DNA from: Candidatus Thermosaccharophagus tengchongensis
Lineage (GTDB): Bacteria > Armatimonadota > Fervidibacteria > Fervidibacterales > Thermosaccharophagaceae
Length of the DNA stretch: 64,000 nucleotides
Direction: 5' to 3' (one strand)
Assembly: GCA_032161105.1 (NCBI GenBank)
Contig: JAVHTD010000010.1
Positions 28,873 to 39,269 of the stretch are shown here, piece after piece. How positions within the stretch are numbered: the stretch's first letter is position 1; each line of letters opens with the position of its first letter. The notes under the pieces were generated by a model, which saw nothing but the letters and a program-made list of their open reading frames with translations, was not told where the DNA came from and did no database searches. The position numbers and the translations under genes were made by a program.

Positions 28873-29961
28873 ATGGCGCTAAAGGACATCATCGGAAACG
28901 AGCGGGCGATAAGGCTGCTAAAAATGGCGCTTGCAACGAAGAGGGTGGCGCATGCGTATGCCTTTTGCGGACCGGCTAATGTTGGCAAGCGAACGGCGGC
29001 TTTGCAATTCGCGAAAGCGCTCAATTGCTTATCGCCAGTCAAGGACGATGACGGCGTTGACTCGTGTGATGAGTGCCAAAGTTGCAAGCGCATAGGCTCA
29101 GGCACATCGCTGGATGTGCAACTTATAGCGCCAATGCAATCCCCCGGCTCAGCCGAAGATGGGAGGGGTTTTTCCATCCGCATTGACGAGATGAGGCGCA
29201 TGCGCTACGATGCGGCACTCTCAGCGAGGCATTCACAATTCAAAATCTACATCGTGGACAATGCCGAATTAGCCACAGAGGAAGCCGCCAATTGCATCCT
29301 GAAGACGCTCGAGGAGCCGGCACAAAATGTCGTCATCATTTTGGTTACGGCTAACCCGATGGCGCTCCCAAAGACGGTCATCTCACGCTGCCAAGTCGTG
29401 CGCTTTGGTCTTGTCCCGATGAGGGAAATAGCATCGGCTCTGATGAGGTTGAAGGGGCTTGATGAGGGCACGGCAGTGCTTTACGCCAAACTATCCTGCG
29501 GTCGCCCGGGATTGGCGTTAGCATATGCCGATACTGAGGGCGCAACTAATGTGCTCACAAAGGCGCTCAACATCTTCAACGAGATTTTGAATGCACAGCC
29601 GATTGATGCGGTAAGGCTTCCCGAACAGATCGTTGAATTGGGCGCTGAGCTATCAGCAATCGCGCCGGGGAGCGGAATGGAATTTGCGGAGGTTGAAAGG
29701 CGACAGGCAATAAGAGGCGTTGACATGCTGCTTACATGTGCAAGGGATGCGCTCGCAATCGCACTCGGAATGCGTCCCGATGAGACAACGACACAGCTTG
29801 CTGTCGTCCATTCAATGCAGCCCACAAAGGTTGAGCAGCATCGCTTAACCAAGCTGATTGATGCCCTTGTGGAAGCGAGAAGATACTTGCTTTTGAACGC
29901 CAACATCCAACTTGCCCTTGAAAGCGCGCTGCTGCGGTTTATCTGGTCCGGTTCGCGGTGA
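28873..29961 (+). CDS. holB: DNA polymerase III delta' subunit
   Basis: HAY.F.GP..VGK, Zn module CDEC.SC, AANCILKTLEEP, SRC; follows tmk. Confidence 0.92.
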   Translation: MALKDIIGNERAIRLLKMALATKRVAHAYAFCGPANVGKRTAALQFAKALNCLSPVKDDDGVDSCDECQSCKRIGSGTSLDVQLIAPMQSPGSAEDGRGFSIRIDEMRRMRYDAALSARHSQFKIYIVDNAELATEEAANCILKTLEEPAQNVVIILVTANPMALPKTVISRCQVVRFGLVPMREIASALMRLKGLDEGTAVLYAKLSCGRPGLALAYADTEGATNVLTKALNIFNEILNAQPIDAVRLPEQIVELGAELSAIAPGSGMEFAEVERRQAIRGVDMLLTCARDALAIALGMRPDETTTQLAVVHSMQPTKVEQHRLTKLIDALVEARRYLLLNANIQLALESALLRFIWSGSR

Positions 29962-30070
29962 GACGGCTGCTTGATTGAGCGATTTGATCGGTGTGGCAAA
30001 ATGTCATACGCTGCGCCTTGCTGGGTGCATTATCGGCGCGTCTGAGGCAGCTTTTAAGGGGGTGTCAGCG

Positions 30071-30394
30071 ATGGCGCTTGAATTGACGGCGGACAACTTT
30101 GATAGTGAGATACTGCAAAGCAACCTTCCGGCAATGGTTGACTTTTGGGCGCCGTGGTGTGGACCGTGCCGGCTTATGTCACCGATAGTTGAAAGCATTG
30201 CCGAACGCTACCAAGGCAAGGTGAAGGTGGCAAAGGTGAATGTGGATGAGAATCCGCAGCTCGCTGTGCGCTACTCAATCATGAGCATACCGACATTGCT
30301 TTTCTTCCGCAACGGGCAAGTGGTTGACAAAGTTATCGGGCTTGTGCCCGAACACGAGATTGAGGAACGGCTAAACAAACTCTTGGGTGAGTGA
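30071..30394 (+). CDS. trxA: Thioredoxin
   Basis: DFWAPWCGPC, SIPTL. Confidence 0.97.
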   Translation: MALELTADNFDSEILQSNLPAMVDFWAPWCGPCRLMSPIVESIAERYQGKVKVAKVNVDENPQLAVRYSIMSIPTLLFFRNGQVVDKVIGLVPEHEIEERLNKLLGE

Positions 30395-30597
30395 ACACCA
30401 TGCCGCTTGACCAGCAGAACATCGCCTTGGTGCTCATGGCTTTGATTGGGTGCATCGGCTACATCGCTTCCCAAGCAGCATGCATTATCTTCGCCTTTGA
30501 TAGGGATGGTAGGGTTAACGCAAAGGCGCTGCTTGTAACGGCGCTTTGCATTGTAATCTCGCTTGTGATGCTCATCGTCGGTCTTTGGCTTGTGTAA
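30391..30597 (+). CDS. Small 2-TM membrane protein
   Basis: Two hydrophobic helices; directly follows trxA. Confidence 0.55.
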   Translation: MNTMPLDQQNIALVLMALIGCIGYIASQAACIIFAFDRDGRVNAKALLVTALCIVISLVMLIVGLWLV

Positions 30598-30711
30598 GCC
30601 AGTGGCGTGGAAAAAGCCCTTGACCAGAAGCCCAATTAGGTGTGCAAGCCCATGTAATGCGGATGTGGAGGGAACAGCGCAGCCAATTGATGTGGCATTG
30701 GGAGGTGAGCA

Positions 30712-32289
30712 ATGGTGAAGAGAGTTGAGAGGGCGCTTTTGAGTGTATCGGACAAGAGGGGAATAGTTGAGTTTGCGAAGGGGTTGTATGAGCTCGGCAT
30801 TGAGCTCATTTCAACCGGCGGAACGGCAGCCGCGATAAGGCAAGCCGGGATAACCGTCAGGGATGTTTCCGAGGTGACCGGCTTTCCGGAGATGCTTGAT
30901 GGCAGGGTTAAGACACTCCACCCAAAGATACATGGTGGGATACTTGCTCTTCGTGACAACGAAGAGCATGTTCGCCAGCTCGGCGAGCACGGGATTAACT
31001 TCATTGACTTGGTCGCCGTTAACCTATACCCATTCGCTCAAACCGTCTCTCGCCCTGATGTGACACTGAGGGAGGCGATAGAGCAGATTGACATTGGCGG
31101 TCCGTCACTCATACGGGCTGCCGCGAAGAATTGTGAGAGCGTCATCGTCGTAGTTGACCCCTCCGACTATGACAGGGTGCTCAATGAGCTGCGCCAAAAC
31201 AATTGCATGACGACGGAGCAACTGCGCATGGAACTCGCTGCAAAGGCATTTAGGCACACGGCTGCTTACGATGCCTTCATTGCGAGCTACTTTAGCAAGC
31301 TCATCGGAGAGCCATTCCCAGAGACACTCACGATCTCATGCCAGCTATCCCTCAAACTGCGCTACGGTGAGAATCCACACCAAGAGGCAGCCTTCTATGT
31401 GTTCCCGAATGTGAGGCATGCTTGCGTCTCAACGGCGCGCCAAATTCATGGCATACCGCTCTCATACAACAACATCGCCGATCTGGATGCAGCGCTTGAG
31501 CTTGTGAGGGAGTTTGAGCAACCAGCTGCGGCAATCATAAAGCACACAAACCCTTGTGGGTGCGCGATAGGCGAGACGCTCGTTGAAGCCTTCGTCAAAG
31601 CGAGGGATGCAGACCCAGAGGCGCGCTTTGGCGGAATCATTGCCTTCAACAGGATAGTGGATGCGGCAACGGCAAATGAGGTTGTAACAAGGGGGAGCTT
31701 CTACGAAGCCATAATCGCGCCCGGATACGAAGATGCGGCATTTGAAACGATTGCCAACCGAAGCGGCTGGGGGCAGTCCATTCGCCTCCTGCTGCTTGAG
31801 GGCGCACTTGAGCCCGTCAGCGCTCTGAGCGGTGAGATGGTGTTCAAGTCGGTGACTGGCGGTGTGCTAATTCAAACTGCCGACGCGCCAGTTGAGGACA
31901 AATCACAATGGCGTGTGGTGACTAAAAGGGCACCAAGCGATGACGAGTGGCGTGAACTGGAATTCGCTTGGAAGGTCGTAAAGCATGTCAAGTCAAATGC
32001 GATTGTCCTTTCAAAGGACGGCGTTACAGTTGGCGTTGGTGCCGGGCAAATGAACAGGGCAGTCTCCGTCAGGCTCGCCGTTGAGCATGCCGGTGAAAGG
32101 GCAAAGGGCGCTGTGCTCGCCTCCGATGCCTTTTTCCCACATCCTGATGGTCCGGAGATCGCAGCCAAGGCTGGCATATGCGCCATCATCCAACCGGGTG
32201 GCTCAAAGCGTGATGAGGATGTGATAGCAGTTTGCGACAAGTATGGTGTGGCGATGGTGTTCACTGGCATGCGCCACTTCAGGCACTGA
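30712..32289 (+). CDS. purH: Bifunctional AICAR transformylase / IMP cyclohydrolase
   Basis: ALLSVSDK, GRVKTLHP, IDIGGP, RYGENPHQ, KSNA, SDAFF, RHFRH. Confidence 0.98.
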   Translation: MVKRVERALLSVSDKRGIVEFAKGLYELGIELISTGGTAAAIRQAGITVRDVSEVTGFPEMLDGRVKTLHPKIHGGILALRDNEEHVRQLGEHGINFIDLVAVNLYPFAQTVSRPDVTLREAIEQIDIGGPSLIRAAAKNCESVIVVVDPSDYDRVLNELRQNNCMTTEQLRMELAAKAFRHTAAYDAFIASYFSKLIGEPFPETLTISCQLSLKLRYGENPHQEAAFYVFPNVRHACVSTARQIHGIPLSYNNIADLDAALELVREFEQPAAAIIKHTNPCGCAIGETLVEAFVKARDADPEARFGGIIAFNRIVDAATANEVVTRGSFYEAIIAPGYEDAAFETIANRSGWGQSIRLLLLEGALEPVSALSGEMVFKSVTGGVLIQTADAPVEDKSQWRVVTKRAPSDDEWRELEFAWKVVKHVKSNAIVLSKDGVTVGVGAGQMNRAVSVRLAVEHAGERAKGAVLASDAFFPHPDGPEIAAKAGICAIIQPGGSKRDEDVIAVCDKYGVAMVFTGMRHFRH

Positions 32290-32457
32290 GCACCCAAAAG
32301 CGCATTGTGCTTGGTTGCTAAAGCGCTCAGCATAAGTTGATAAGTGCACGCTCGCGCACCCACTAAGGTTGATCGGTGACCAATCGGGAACGGCATCGTG
32401 GGCAATGTCTTTGCTGCAAAGCCGATTGTAAACTCGCGTGCGGGGGAAGCTGCGAAA

Positions 32458-33561
32458 ATGGCGATTTGGAATGAGCGTGTCAGGAAGTGCATTCACAGGC
32501 TCAAGCCATATATCCCGGGTAAGCCAATTGAAGAAGTGCAAAGGGAGCTTGGCTTAAGCGATGTCATCAAGCTTGCGTCAAATGAGAACGCCCTCGGTCC
32601 ATCACCAAAGGCTGTAGAAGCCGCATTGAGAATGCTCTCCCATGTGCACCTATATCCCGATGATAGCTGCTACAGATTGAAGCGGGCTATCGCGGAACGA
32701 TATCGCATGCCGGAAGATTGCATCCTCATCGGGAGAGGCTCGGACGAAATACTGCTTCATGCAGCGCTCGCTTTCCTTGAACCCGGAGATGAGGTCATCT
32801 ACGCCCATCCATCGTTTGTGATGTATAGCTTTGTGAGCGCCCTTATGGATGCCAAAGAGCATGTCGTGCCATTGAGGGACTTCACACACGACCTTGATGC
32901 GATGGCTGAGCGTGTCACTGAAAGGACAAAGCTGATATTCATCGCCAACCCAAACAACCCAACTGGGACAATAGTGAAAGAACCGCAGGTGCGCCGCTTC
33001 GTTGAATCGCTCCCCGATGGCGTGCTCGTCATCTTTGACGAGGCATATTGCGAATATGTTGAGGACGAGTCTTTCCCAAACACGCTGGATTACATCAGGG
33101 AGGGATTTGGCGTCCTGACGCTGCGCACATTCTCAAAAGTTTATGGCTTGGCTGGCTTGCGGATTGGCTACGGCTTTGCGCCGCCACACATAGCCAGCTT
33201 GGTTGCGAGAGTTAGGGAGCCATTCAATGTCAGCTCAATTGCACAGGTCGCTGCAGAGGCAGCATTGCAAGATGAGGAGCATGTTGAGAGGAGCAAAAAG
33301 CTTGTCGCCGATGGTAAGCGCACGCTATACAGGGCGTTTGACGAGCTCGGTCTCAAATATGTTCCAACTCAAGCCAACTTCATCTTTGTTGACTTAGGGA
33401 TGGATAGCCGTGAGGCGTTTAAATGGCTGCTCAAGCGCGGCATAATAATTCGCACAGGTGAAATATTCGGCATGCCAACATGGGCGAGGATAACAATCGG
33501 AAAGCCCGAGGAGAATGAGCGCTTGATTGAGGCGCTCAGGGAATTGCTCAAATGCCGTTGA
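32458..33561 (+). CDS. hisC: Histidinol-phosphate (aromatic) aminotransferase
   Basis: KLASNEN, NPNNPTG, DEAY, RTFSKVYGLAGLRIGY. Confidence 0.95.
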   Translation: MAIWNERVRKCIHRLKPYIPGKPIEEVQRELGLSDVIKLASNENALGPSPKAVEAALRMLSHVHLYPDDSCYRLKRAIAERYRMPEDCILIGRGSDEILLHAALAFLEPGDEVIYAHPSFVMYSFVSALMDAKEHVVPLRDFTHDLDAMAERVTERTKLIFIANPNNPTGTIVKEPQVRRFVESLPDGVLVIFDEAYCEYVEDESFPNTLDYIREGFGVLTLRTFSKVYGLAGLRIGYGFAPPHIASLVARVREPFNVSSIAQVAAEAALQDEEHVERSKKLVADGKRTLYRAFDELGLKYVPTQANFIFVDLGMDSREAFKWLLKRGIIIRTGEIFGMPTWARITIGKPEENERLIEALRELLKCR

Positions 33562-33767
33562 TGGGGGCTTGATGTGATGGGATTCAAGATGATAAGCGAT
33601 GCTGCATAAGTAAACCCACTGCATGTCACCCGCATAATTGCGCCCCGCTATGTGTCACCCCAACAGACACCGAAATGGAGAACGCAATACAGCCCTACAG
33701 CAGCGGGCGAAGTTGCCAAACCACCCCGCCTAAATATCAATCTCACGAGAGGGAGGTGCTACGGCGA

Positions 33768-34814
33768 ATGATTGTGATTATGCGTCCCGGGGTTTCCGAG
33801 GAGCAAATCCAAGAGGTCTGCAGCAGGCTTGAGGCTGCCGGATACAAAGCTGCAATCTCAAGGGGAGTTGAAAGGGTCGTCATCGGAGCAATAGGCACGC
33901 TTGATGAACCGATAAGGCAAATGCTCATTGACCAACTTCTCGTCCTTCCGTTCGTTGAGCAAGTCATACGGGTCACAAAGCCATACAAACTCGTCTCAAG
34001 CGAGTGGAAGAAGGAAAGGACAAAGGTTGCGGTGCGTGACATGCTCATTGGGTCAGATGAGGTCATCGTGATGGCAGGACCCTGCGCAGTTGAGAGCAGG
34101 GAGCAATTGCTCAAAACCGCTTATGCAGTGAAGGAAGCCGGTGCGGATGTGCTTCGCGGTGGTGCATATAAACCGCGCACATCACCACACTCATTCCAAG
34201 GGCTCGGTGAGGCCGGACTAAAACTCCTGAAGGAAGCATCAGAGCTAACTGGTCTGCCGATCGTCACGGAAGTGCTGGATGTGCGAGACCTTGAGAGCGT
34301 CATCTCGGTTGCGGACATAATCCAAGTTGGCGCAAGGAGCATGCAAAACTTCTCGCTGCTGCGTGAGCTCGGCATGGTTGACAAACCAGTCCTCTTAAAG
34401 CGCGGAATAGCGGCGACCATTGAGGAATGGCTACAGGCTGCCGAATACATCATGCTCGGGGGCAACATGAATGTGATGCTGTGCGAGCGCGGCATACGAA
34501 CATTTGAAACATACACGCGAAACACACTTGACTTGTCAGCAGTAGCTGCCGTAAAGGAACTCACGCACCTGCCGGTCATCGTAGACCCAAGCCATGCCAG
34601 CGGACGATGGAGCCTTGTAACGCCGCTCTCACTCGCTGCTATTGCAGTCGGAGCTGATGGGCTTTTGATTGAGGTTCATCCGGAGCCATCAAAGGCGCTT
34701 TCAGATGGACCGCAATCGCTAACTCCGGACAAGTTTGCCGAATTGGTGAGGAGGCTTGAGCCAGTGGCTAAAGCCGTTGGGAGAGAACTCAGGATGGGCG
34801 GTCAAAAGCAGTGA
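33768..34814 (+). CDS. aroF: DAHP synthase, type I-beta with N-terminal regulatory domain
   Basis: AGPCAVE, RGGAYKPRTSP, LKRG, CERGIRTFE, DPSH, SDGPQ. Confidence 0.96.
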   Translation: MIVIMRPGVSEEQIQEVCSRLEAAGYKAAISRGVERVVIGAIGTLDEPIRQMLIDQLLVLPFVEQVIRVTKPYKLVSSEWKKERTKVAVRDMLIGSDEVIVMAGPCAVESREQLLKTAYAVKEAGADVLRGGAYKPRTSPHSFQGLGEAGLKLLKEASELTGLPIVTEVLDVRDLESVISVADIIQVGARSMQNFSLLRELGMVDKPVLLKRGIAATIEEWLQAAEYIMLGGNMNVMLCERGIRTFETYTRNTLDLSAVAAVKELTHLPVIVDPSHASGRWSLVTPLSLAAIAVGADGLLIEVHPEPSKALSDGPQSLTPDKFAELVRRLEPVAKAVGRELRMGGQKQ

Positions 34815-34980
34815 GAGGCATCCTGCCAATGCCGGTTGCAATTTGCCATCCGACAACAACAGTGATGGGCGATGTGAGCGTCCAAAGCCATCGTCATTTG
34901 CGATTCGGAGGGGAGGTAATCTCACCATCCGATTGTCGTGTTGCTCACCACCTGCAACTTGCTCAGGTCGGTGATGGCTT

Positions 34981-35508
34981 ATGAGAAGGCGAAGGGTGAA
35001 GCGTATATCCGGGTTGGAGGGCATACTTGAGCGTGCGCTTGAGCTCGGCGCAGTTGGGGCAAAGTTTGTTGAACCGCAAAATGTCATCACGGGGACTTGG
35101 GTCAGGTTGAAATGCCAATATGGCTGTGGTGAGTATGGACAGCGTTTGACTTGCCCGCCATATTCGCCAACGCCAGATGTCACGCGAAAAATGATTGACG
35201 AGTATCGTCATATCCTGCTTGTTCATTGCAAGGCATGGACCAATGTCAGAGAACTCATAGCGAAGCTTGAGCGAGAGGCTTTCTATGCCAACTTTTACAA
35301 GGCATTCGGAATGGGTGCAGGTCCATGCTACCTGTGTGACAGGTGCGCGCTTGAAAAGGGATGCCGATACCCCGACATGGCAAGACCATCAATGGAAGCA
35401 TGTGGCATTGATGTGTATGCAACTGCGAGGCTCGCCGGCTTCCCAATTGATGTCGTCCCGCCAGAAGGCGGTGAGGAGAATTACTATGGCTTGCTCCTCA
35501 TTGACTGA
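34981..35508 (+). CDS. DUF2284 metal-binding protein
   Basis: KC.YGC..YG..LTCPP, GPC.LC..C, C.YP..ARPSMEACGIDV. Confidence 0.9.
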   Translation: MRRRRVKRISGLEGILERALELGAVGAKFVEPQNVITGTWVRLKCQYGCGEYGQRLTCPPYSPTPDVTRKMIDEYRHILLVHCKAWTNVRELIAKLEREAFYANFYKAFGMGAGPCYLCDRCALEKGCRYPDMARPSMEACGIDVYATARLAGFPIDVVPPEGGEENYYGLLLID

Positions 35509-35622
35509 ACGACACGCTAAACTAATCCGCAAGGTAACCCACATTAACACCCCTTAAATAACCCCTTCCATATGCCGCACTTTCAATCGCACATGTCAAA
35601 GGATGCGCCTTGACATAAGCAC

Positions 35623-35651
35623 TTGACAGTGCAATCTCAACTCACTAAAAT
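35623..35651 (+). promoter_or_regulatory. Sigma70-type promoter upstream of the DUF1559 gene
   Basis: TTGACA-17 bp-TAAAAT. Confidence 0.7.
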
Positions 35652-35866
35652 GAACAATGGCTCATCGGATAACGCACACGATGCCGATTTAGAAAATGCA
35701 ATGCGCATAATGCTAAAGCATGTCAATGAGCTGATAGGTGCAATTAAAACAATGCTTAGGGCGAAGGAGGTGATGAAAGGAAGAATCGGTAAGGCAGTGG
35801 AATGGATTGTTGTCCGATGAGGCTGTAAGGTGCTTCAATCCAGACTTCGTAAGGGAGGGATGTCAA

Positions 35867-36562
35867 ATGAGGATGGCGAGAAAAAGCGGTTTCACACTGA
35901 TTGAATTGCTTGTCGTGATAACTATAATCGCGATCCTGGCGGCAATCCTGTTTCCGGTGTTTGCCAGGGCGCGAGAAAAAGCTCGTGCATCAGGCTGCCA
36001 GAGCAATCTGAAGCAAATTGGGTTAGCGATATTGCAGTATGCTAACGACTACGATGATGTCCTACCAAGAGGCAGTTACGATTCCCCACCTTTGACAGGC
36101 ATCCGTTGGATGCATCAGATTTACCCTTATGTCAAGAACGCGCAAATTTTCACATGTCCAAGCGACCCAACTCGCACTTGGGATCCGAGCGCTTACGGCA
36201 ATGCGGGCAACTATGGATACAATGCTTATTTCCTTAACCAACAGCCGCTTTCATACATAGTAAAGCCGTCTGAAACAGTCATGGTTGGTGACACACCCGG
36301 AGGTCCAAGCGCATCAAACCGGTTTCGCATACGCCCATCAACAGCCTCTTGCTGGGGTCCAGATAGCGGTTTATGGAACCCGAATGAATCATGGCCTGCT
36401 TATAGGCACTTTGATAAGGCAAACATACTTTTTGTGGACGGTCATGTAAAAGCCATGGGGCTTGGAGGGCTTGAAGTGCAAGCTGATTATGAAGACGGCA
36501 TACCTATGCAAGGTCCGAACTCTTGTAACTCTAACCGCTACATCCTGTGGAACAGATATTGA
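35867..36562 (+). CDS. Prepilin-type N-terminal cleavage/methylation protein (DUF1559, H-X9-DG)
   Basis: [33 protein letters not shown]...[22 protein letters not shown]. Confidence 0.95.
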   Translation: MRMARKSGFTLIELLVVITIIAILAAILFPVFARAREKARASGCQSNLKQIGLAILQYANDYDDVLPRGSYDSPPLTGIRWMHQIYPYVKNAQIFTCPSDPTRTWDPSAYGNAGNYGYNAYFLNQQPLSYIVKPSETVMVGDTPGGPSASNRFRIRPSTASCWGPDSGLWNPNESWPAYRHFDKANILFVDGHVKAMGLGGLEVQADYEDGIPMQGPNSCNSNRYILWNRY

Positions 36563-36601
36563 GACCGTTATCCCTAAGCGGGGCGCAAAACGCAGAAGTG
36601 C

Positions 36602-36636
36602 GGGGGCATGACCCACAATGCCCCCCAGATTATTTT
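36602..36636 (+). terminator. Putative intrinsic terminator
   Basis: GGGGGCAT-N8-ATGCCCCC followed by an ATTATTTT tract. Confidence 0.5.
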
Positions 36637-36893
36637 GCAAGTAGAGAGAGCAAATTAAGGTGCACCTCAACTAAACCGTTAACCACTCTCGGCTTTCAGC
36701 CGTGTAATTTCATCAAAAGCTTCCGCACGGCTGCGTGAATGGTATGCTCATTTTAGGTTGCTCATGCCGACGATGATGTAACTTCGCTTTGAAGCCTGCT
36801 GTTAGGTGGGCAATGATGTTGCATCATGACACACAGCAAACTGCAGGACTTGCCAGATCAACATGTCAACATGCAAAGGGGGGTGCCGATGAA

Positions 36894-37397
36894 ATGCACA
36901 GGATGACGGAAGAGAACATGAAAGCTGCATTTGCTGGGGAGAGCCAAGCTCACATGCGCTACCTCATCTTTGCCGAGGAGGCAAAGGAGCGAGGGTTTGA
37001 GAATGTGGCACGCCTTTTTACCGCCATAGCTTTTGCTGAGCAAGTGCATGCCAAAAATCACTTGAGCACCCTCGGTGGCATTGGCAGCACAAGTGAAAAC
37101 CTTGCAGCTGCAATCTCCGGTGAGACATTTGAGGTTGAGGAAATGTATCCGGCATACATTGAGGTTGCAAAGCTACAAGGTGAAAAGTCTGCAGAAAGGA
37201 GCGCCAACAACGCATTGGAAGCAGAGAGGATTCACGCAGCACTATATCAGCGTGCAAAGCAAGCAGTTGATGCCGGCAAGGACACCGATGTGGGCACCAT
37301 CTTCGTATGCGAAGTTTGCGGCTATACCCTTGAGGGGGAAGCGCCAGAACGCTGCCCATTATGTGGCGCTCCAAGGGAGAGATTTCGTCCTTTCTAA
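36894..37397 (+). CDS. rbr: Rubrerythrin
   Basis: AFAGESQA, AEQVHA, GETFE...MYP, E..H, C-terminal CEVCG...CPLCG. Confidence 0.95.
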   Translation: MHRMTEENMKAAFAGESQAHMRYLIFAEEAKERGFENVARLFTAIAFAEQVHAKNHLSTLGGIGSTSENLAAAISGETFEVEEMYPAYIEVAKLQGEKSAERSANNALEAERIHAALYQRAKQAVDAGKDTDVGTIFVCEVCGYTLEGEAPERCPLCGAPRERFRPF

Positions 37398-37461
37398 ACA
37401 CATACCTACCCTTTCCCTCCCACCTACCACGCACACCCAAAACCACCCTTTGTAACTTCTC

Positions 37462-37485
37462 GGGGCAGGGCAAATGCCCTGCCCC
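37462..37485. repeat. Perfect GC-rich hairpin (REP-like or bidirectional terminator)
   Basis: GGGGCAGGGCA-AA-TGCCCTGCCCC between convergent genes. Confidence 0.7.
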
Positions 37486-37503
37486 ATGCCGCTCCTCTCA
37501 ATC

Positions 37504-37726
37504 TTACCCCGGATCCTCAACGCCCCACATGCATTTGGAACTTGAACATGAGACATTCGTCGGGGTGAGCCGCTTCACATGCCCATCACAAATTCGCACC
37601 ATTAAGGTGGCGAGCCTCACCAGCGTTCCACGACCTCAAACAGCCATGAGCGTTACTTTGGTATGGATTTTTCGCATCAACCCAGCTCCATTGCGGCATT
37701 CGCCCATCGCAGTCAGCCACATAAGC
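37504..37726 (-). pseudogene. Internally deleted, frameshifted remnant of a DUF1559/H-X9-DG prepilin-like gene
   Basis: Manual translation: AYVADCDGRMP...WVDAKNPYQSN...RHLNGAN /frameshift/ CDGHVKRLTP...MWGVEDPG*. Confidence 0.7.
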
Positions 37727-37734
37727 GCACCGCT

Positions 37735-39057
37735 TCACTTACGAGCTGACAATTCACTCAACAGGCTTTTGGCTTTGTCCAGTATTAACCTCTCGCAATC
37801 TGGGGCAAGCATTAGCGTGCCATAGTATTTGTAAGCCACATCAACTTCATAGCCACCTTCCTCATATGCGCTTGATGTTGGAACATAACCAATGCACCCA
37901 TTGGTGTAGCCGAGCACAAGGGTTTCTTTAAATGGTGAGCTACTTCTGATGCTTAACGCATATTCAACGAATACCTCTCCTGACAACCCAATGATAGCCA
38001 CATCACCGATGCGCAAAGCGCTCATTTCAAACGGCTGCATGAAGCTTGTTTTGCGAGAGCGCGCCAGCTTGATGGCTCTTTCAGCCCAATTGAGCATTGC
38101 CGTCGCCACATTCTCCCTCACCCTATCTTTGGAACGCCTTGCCTCATTCAAATCCTTGCGGTATGAGCGCATCATCCTCCTGAGTTCATCCACTGGCGGC
38201 GGTGGCATCAACGGGAGTTGGAGTGTGCACCTTTGAGCTGCGATCGGCGTTGGCTCAATCTCATTCGCAAACGAAGCGGCTCTCAGAGCCGCGCCCGCAA
38301 GCGCCATGCCAACTCGCTCGCACTCCTCAAATGTCCCCTTCTCACGAATGGCATTTATGTTTCCACAGCATCCCTGAAGGAACACCGCCACAGCGCCATT
38401 GCCAAAGACCCTCTCAATCACCCTCACTGCGACACCAGGATAGTCAGCCGAGACATGCAAGTTGCTCGGACCAAGCACAACTGCATGTGCGGCATGGTGC
38501 ACAACGATGCCCATCACAGCGCCATTTTCATCCTCAACCCGTAGCACATACACATTTGGATCTATCGGACCTTCTGGGTTCCTGCCTATTTGGATTGAGC
38601 CGTTCGGTTTGCGCTCACGCCTGTTGATACCGACTGCGCCCTCGCACACGCCAAGCAGTATCTTCGCCGGCTTGAGATTATCATTTGCGAGCTTGACAGC
38701 TGTAGCGACCTTCATCGGAATGGTTTCAATATACGGCTTGTTAATGTCGCCCATGGCGCGAAGGAGATACACCGATGGACCGGAGTGAGTATGCGAGCAA
38801 TTGACGATGAGCGCCTCGCCACTTATGCCAACCCAATCGGAGACAAGCTTTCTAATCGCATCAACGGTTGCGAAATCAAGCCCGATGAGGTCAAGCGCAA
38901 CGATTGCTGCCTTTTGCCCATCGGAGCTCAACACGAGCGCGGTTGCGCGCAAATTGTCATGTATCCCTATTGCCGGTGAGGTGCGCGCCGCATAACCGCT
39001 CAGCCAGACATTGACCGGCGGAGTTATGTCCACACTTGCAAACCCAGCGTGAAGCAT
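37735..39057 (-). CDS. Neutral/alkaline ceramidase-like hydrolase
   Basis: DITPP...LSGYAAR...GIHD.L.A.A, SHTHSGP, SADYPG, QGCCGN, GY.NG..GY.P...YEEGGYE. Confidence 0.85.
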   Translation of the reverse strand: MLHAGFASVDITPPVNVWLSGYAARTSPAIGIHDNLRATALVLSSDGQKAAIVALDLIGLDFATVDAIRKLVSDWVGISGEALIVNCSHTHSGPSVYLLRAMGDINKPYIETIPMKVATAVKLANDNLKPAKILLGVCEGAVGINRRERKPNGSIQIGRNPEGPIDPNVYVLRVEDENGAVMGIVVHHAAHAVVLGPSNLHVSADYPGVAVRVIERVFGNGAVAVFLQGCCGNINAIREKGTFEECERVGMALAGAALRAASFANEIEPTPIAAQRCTLQLPLMPPPPVDELRRMMRSYRKDLNEARRSKDRVRENVATAMLNWAERAIKLARSRKTSFMQPFEMSALRIGDVAIIGLSGEVFVEYALSIRSSSPFKETLVLGYTNGCIGYVPTSSAYEEGGYEVDVAYKYYGTLMLAPDCERLILDKAKSLLSELSARK

Positions 39058-39269
39058 GCCTTCCACCTCCATGCGAGAAATCGTAAAGGGCTACCGAGGA
39101 CGCCGAGTCATCCGGAACCGTAAAAGCCATCCTCATAACCGACATCATATCCAATTATGAGAGCCAACAAAGGCTTGGTCGGCAACGACCAACATGCTGA
39201 ATGCGAGAACAGCATACTGTATCATTGAGGCAAAGCGCAATCAGCGCGCCGTTTGTGAGGTGTTAAGGG

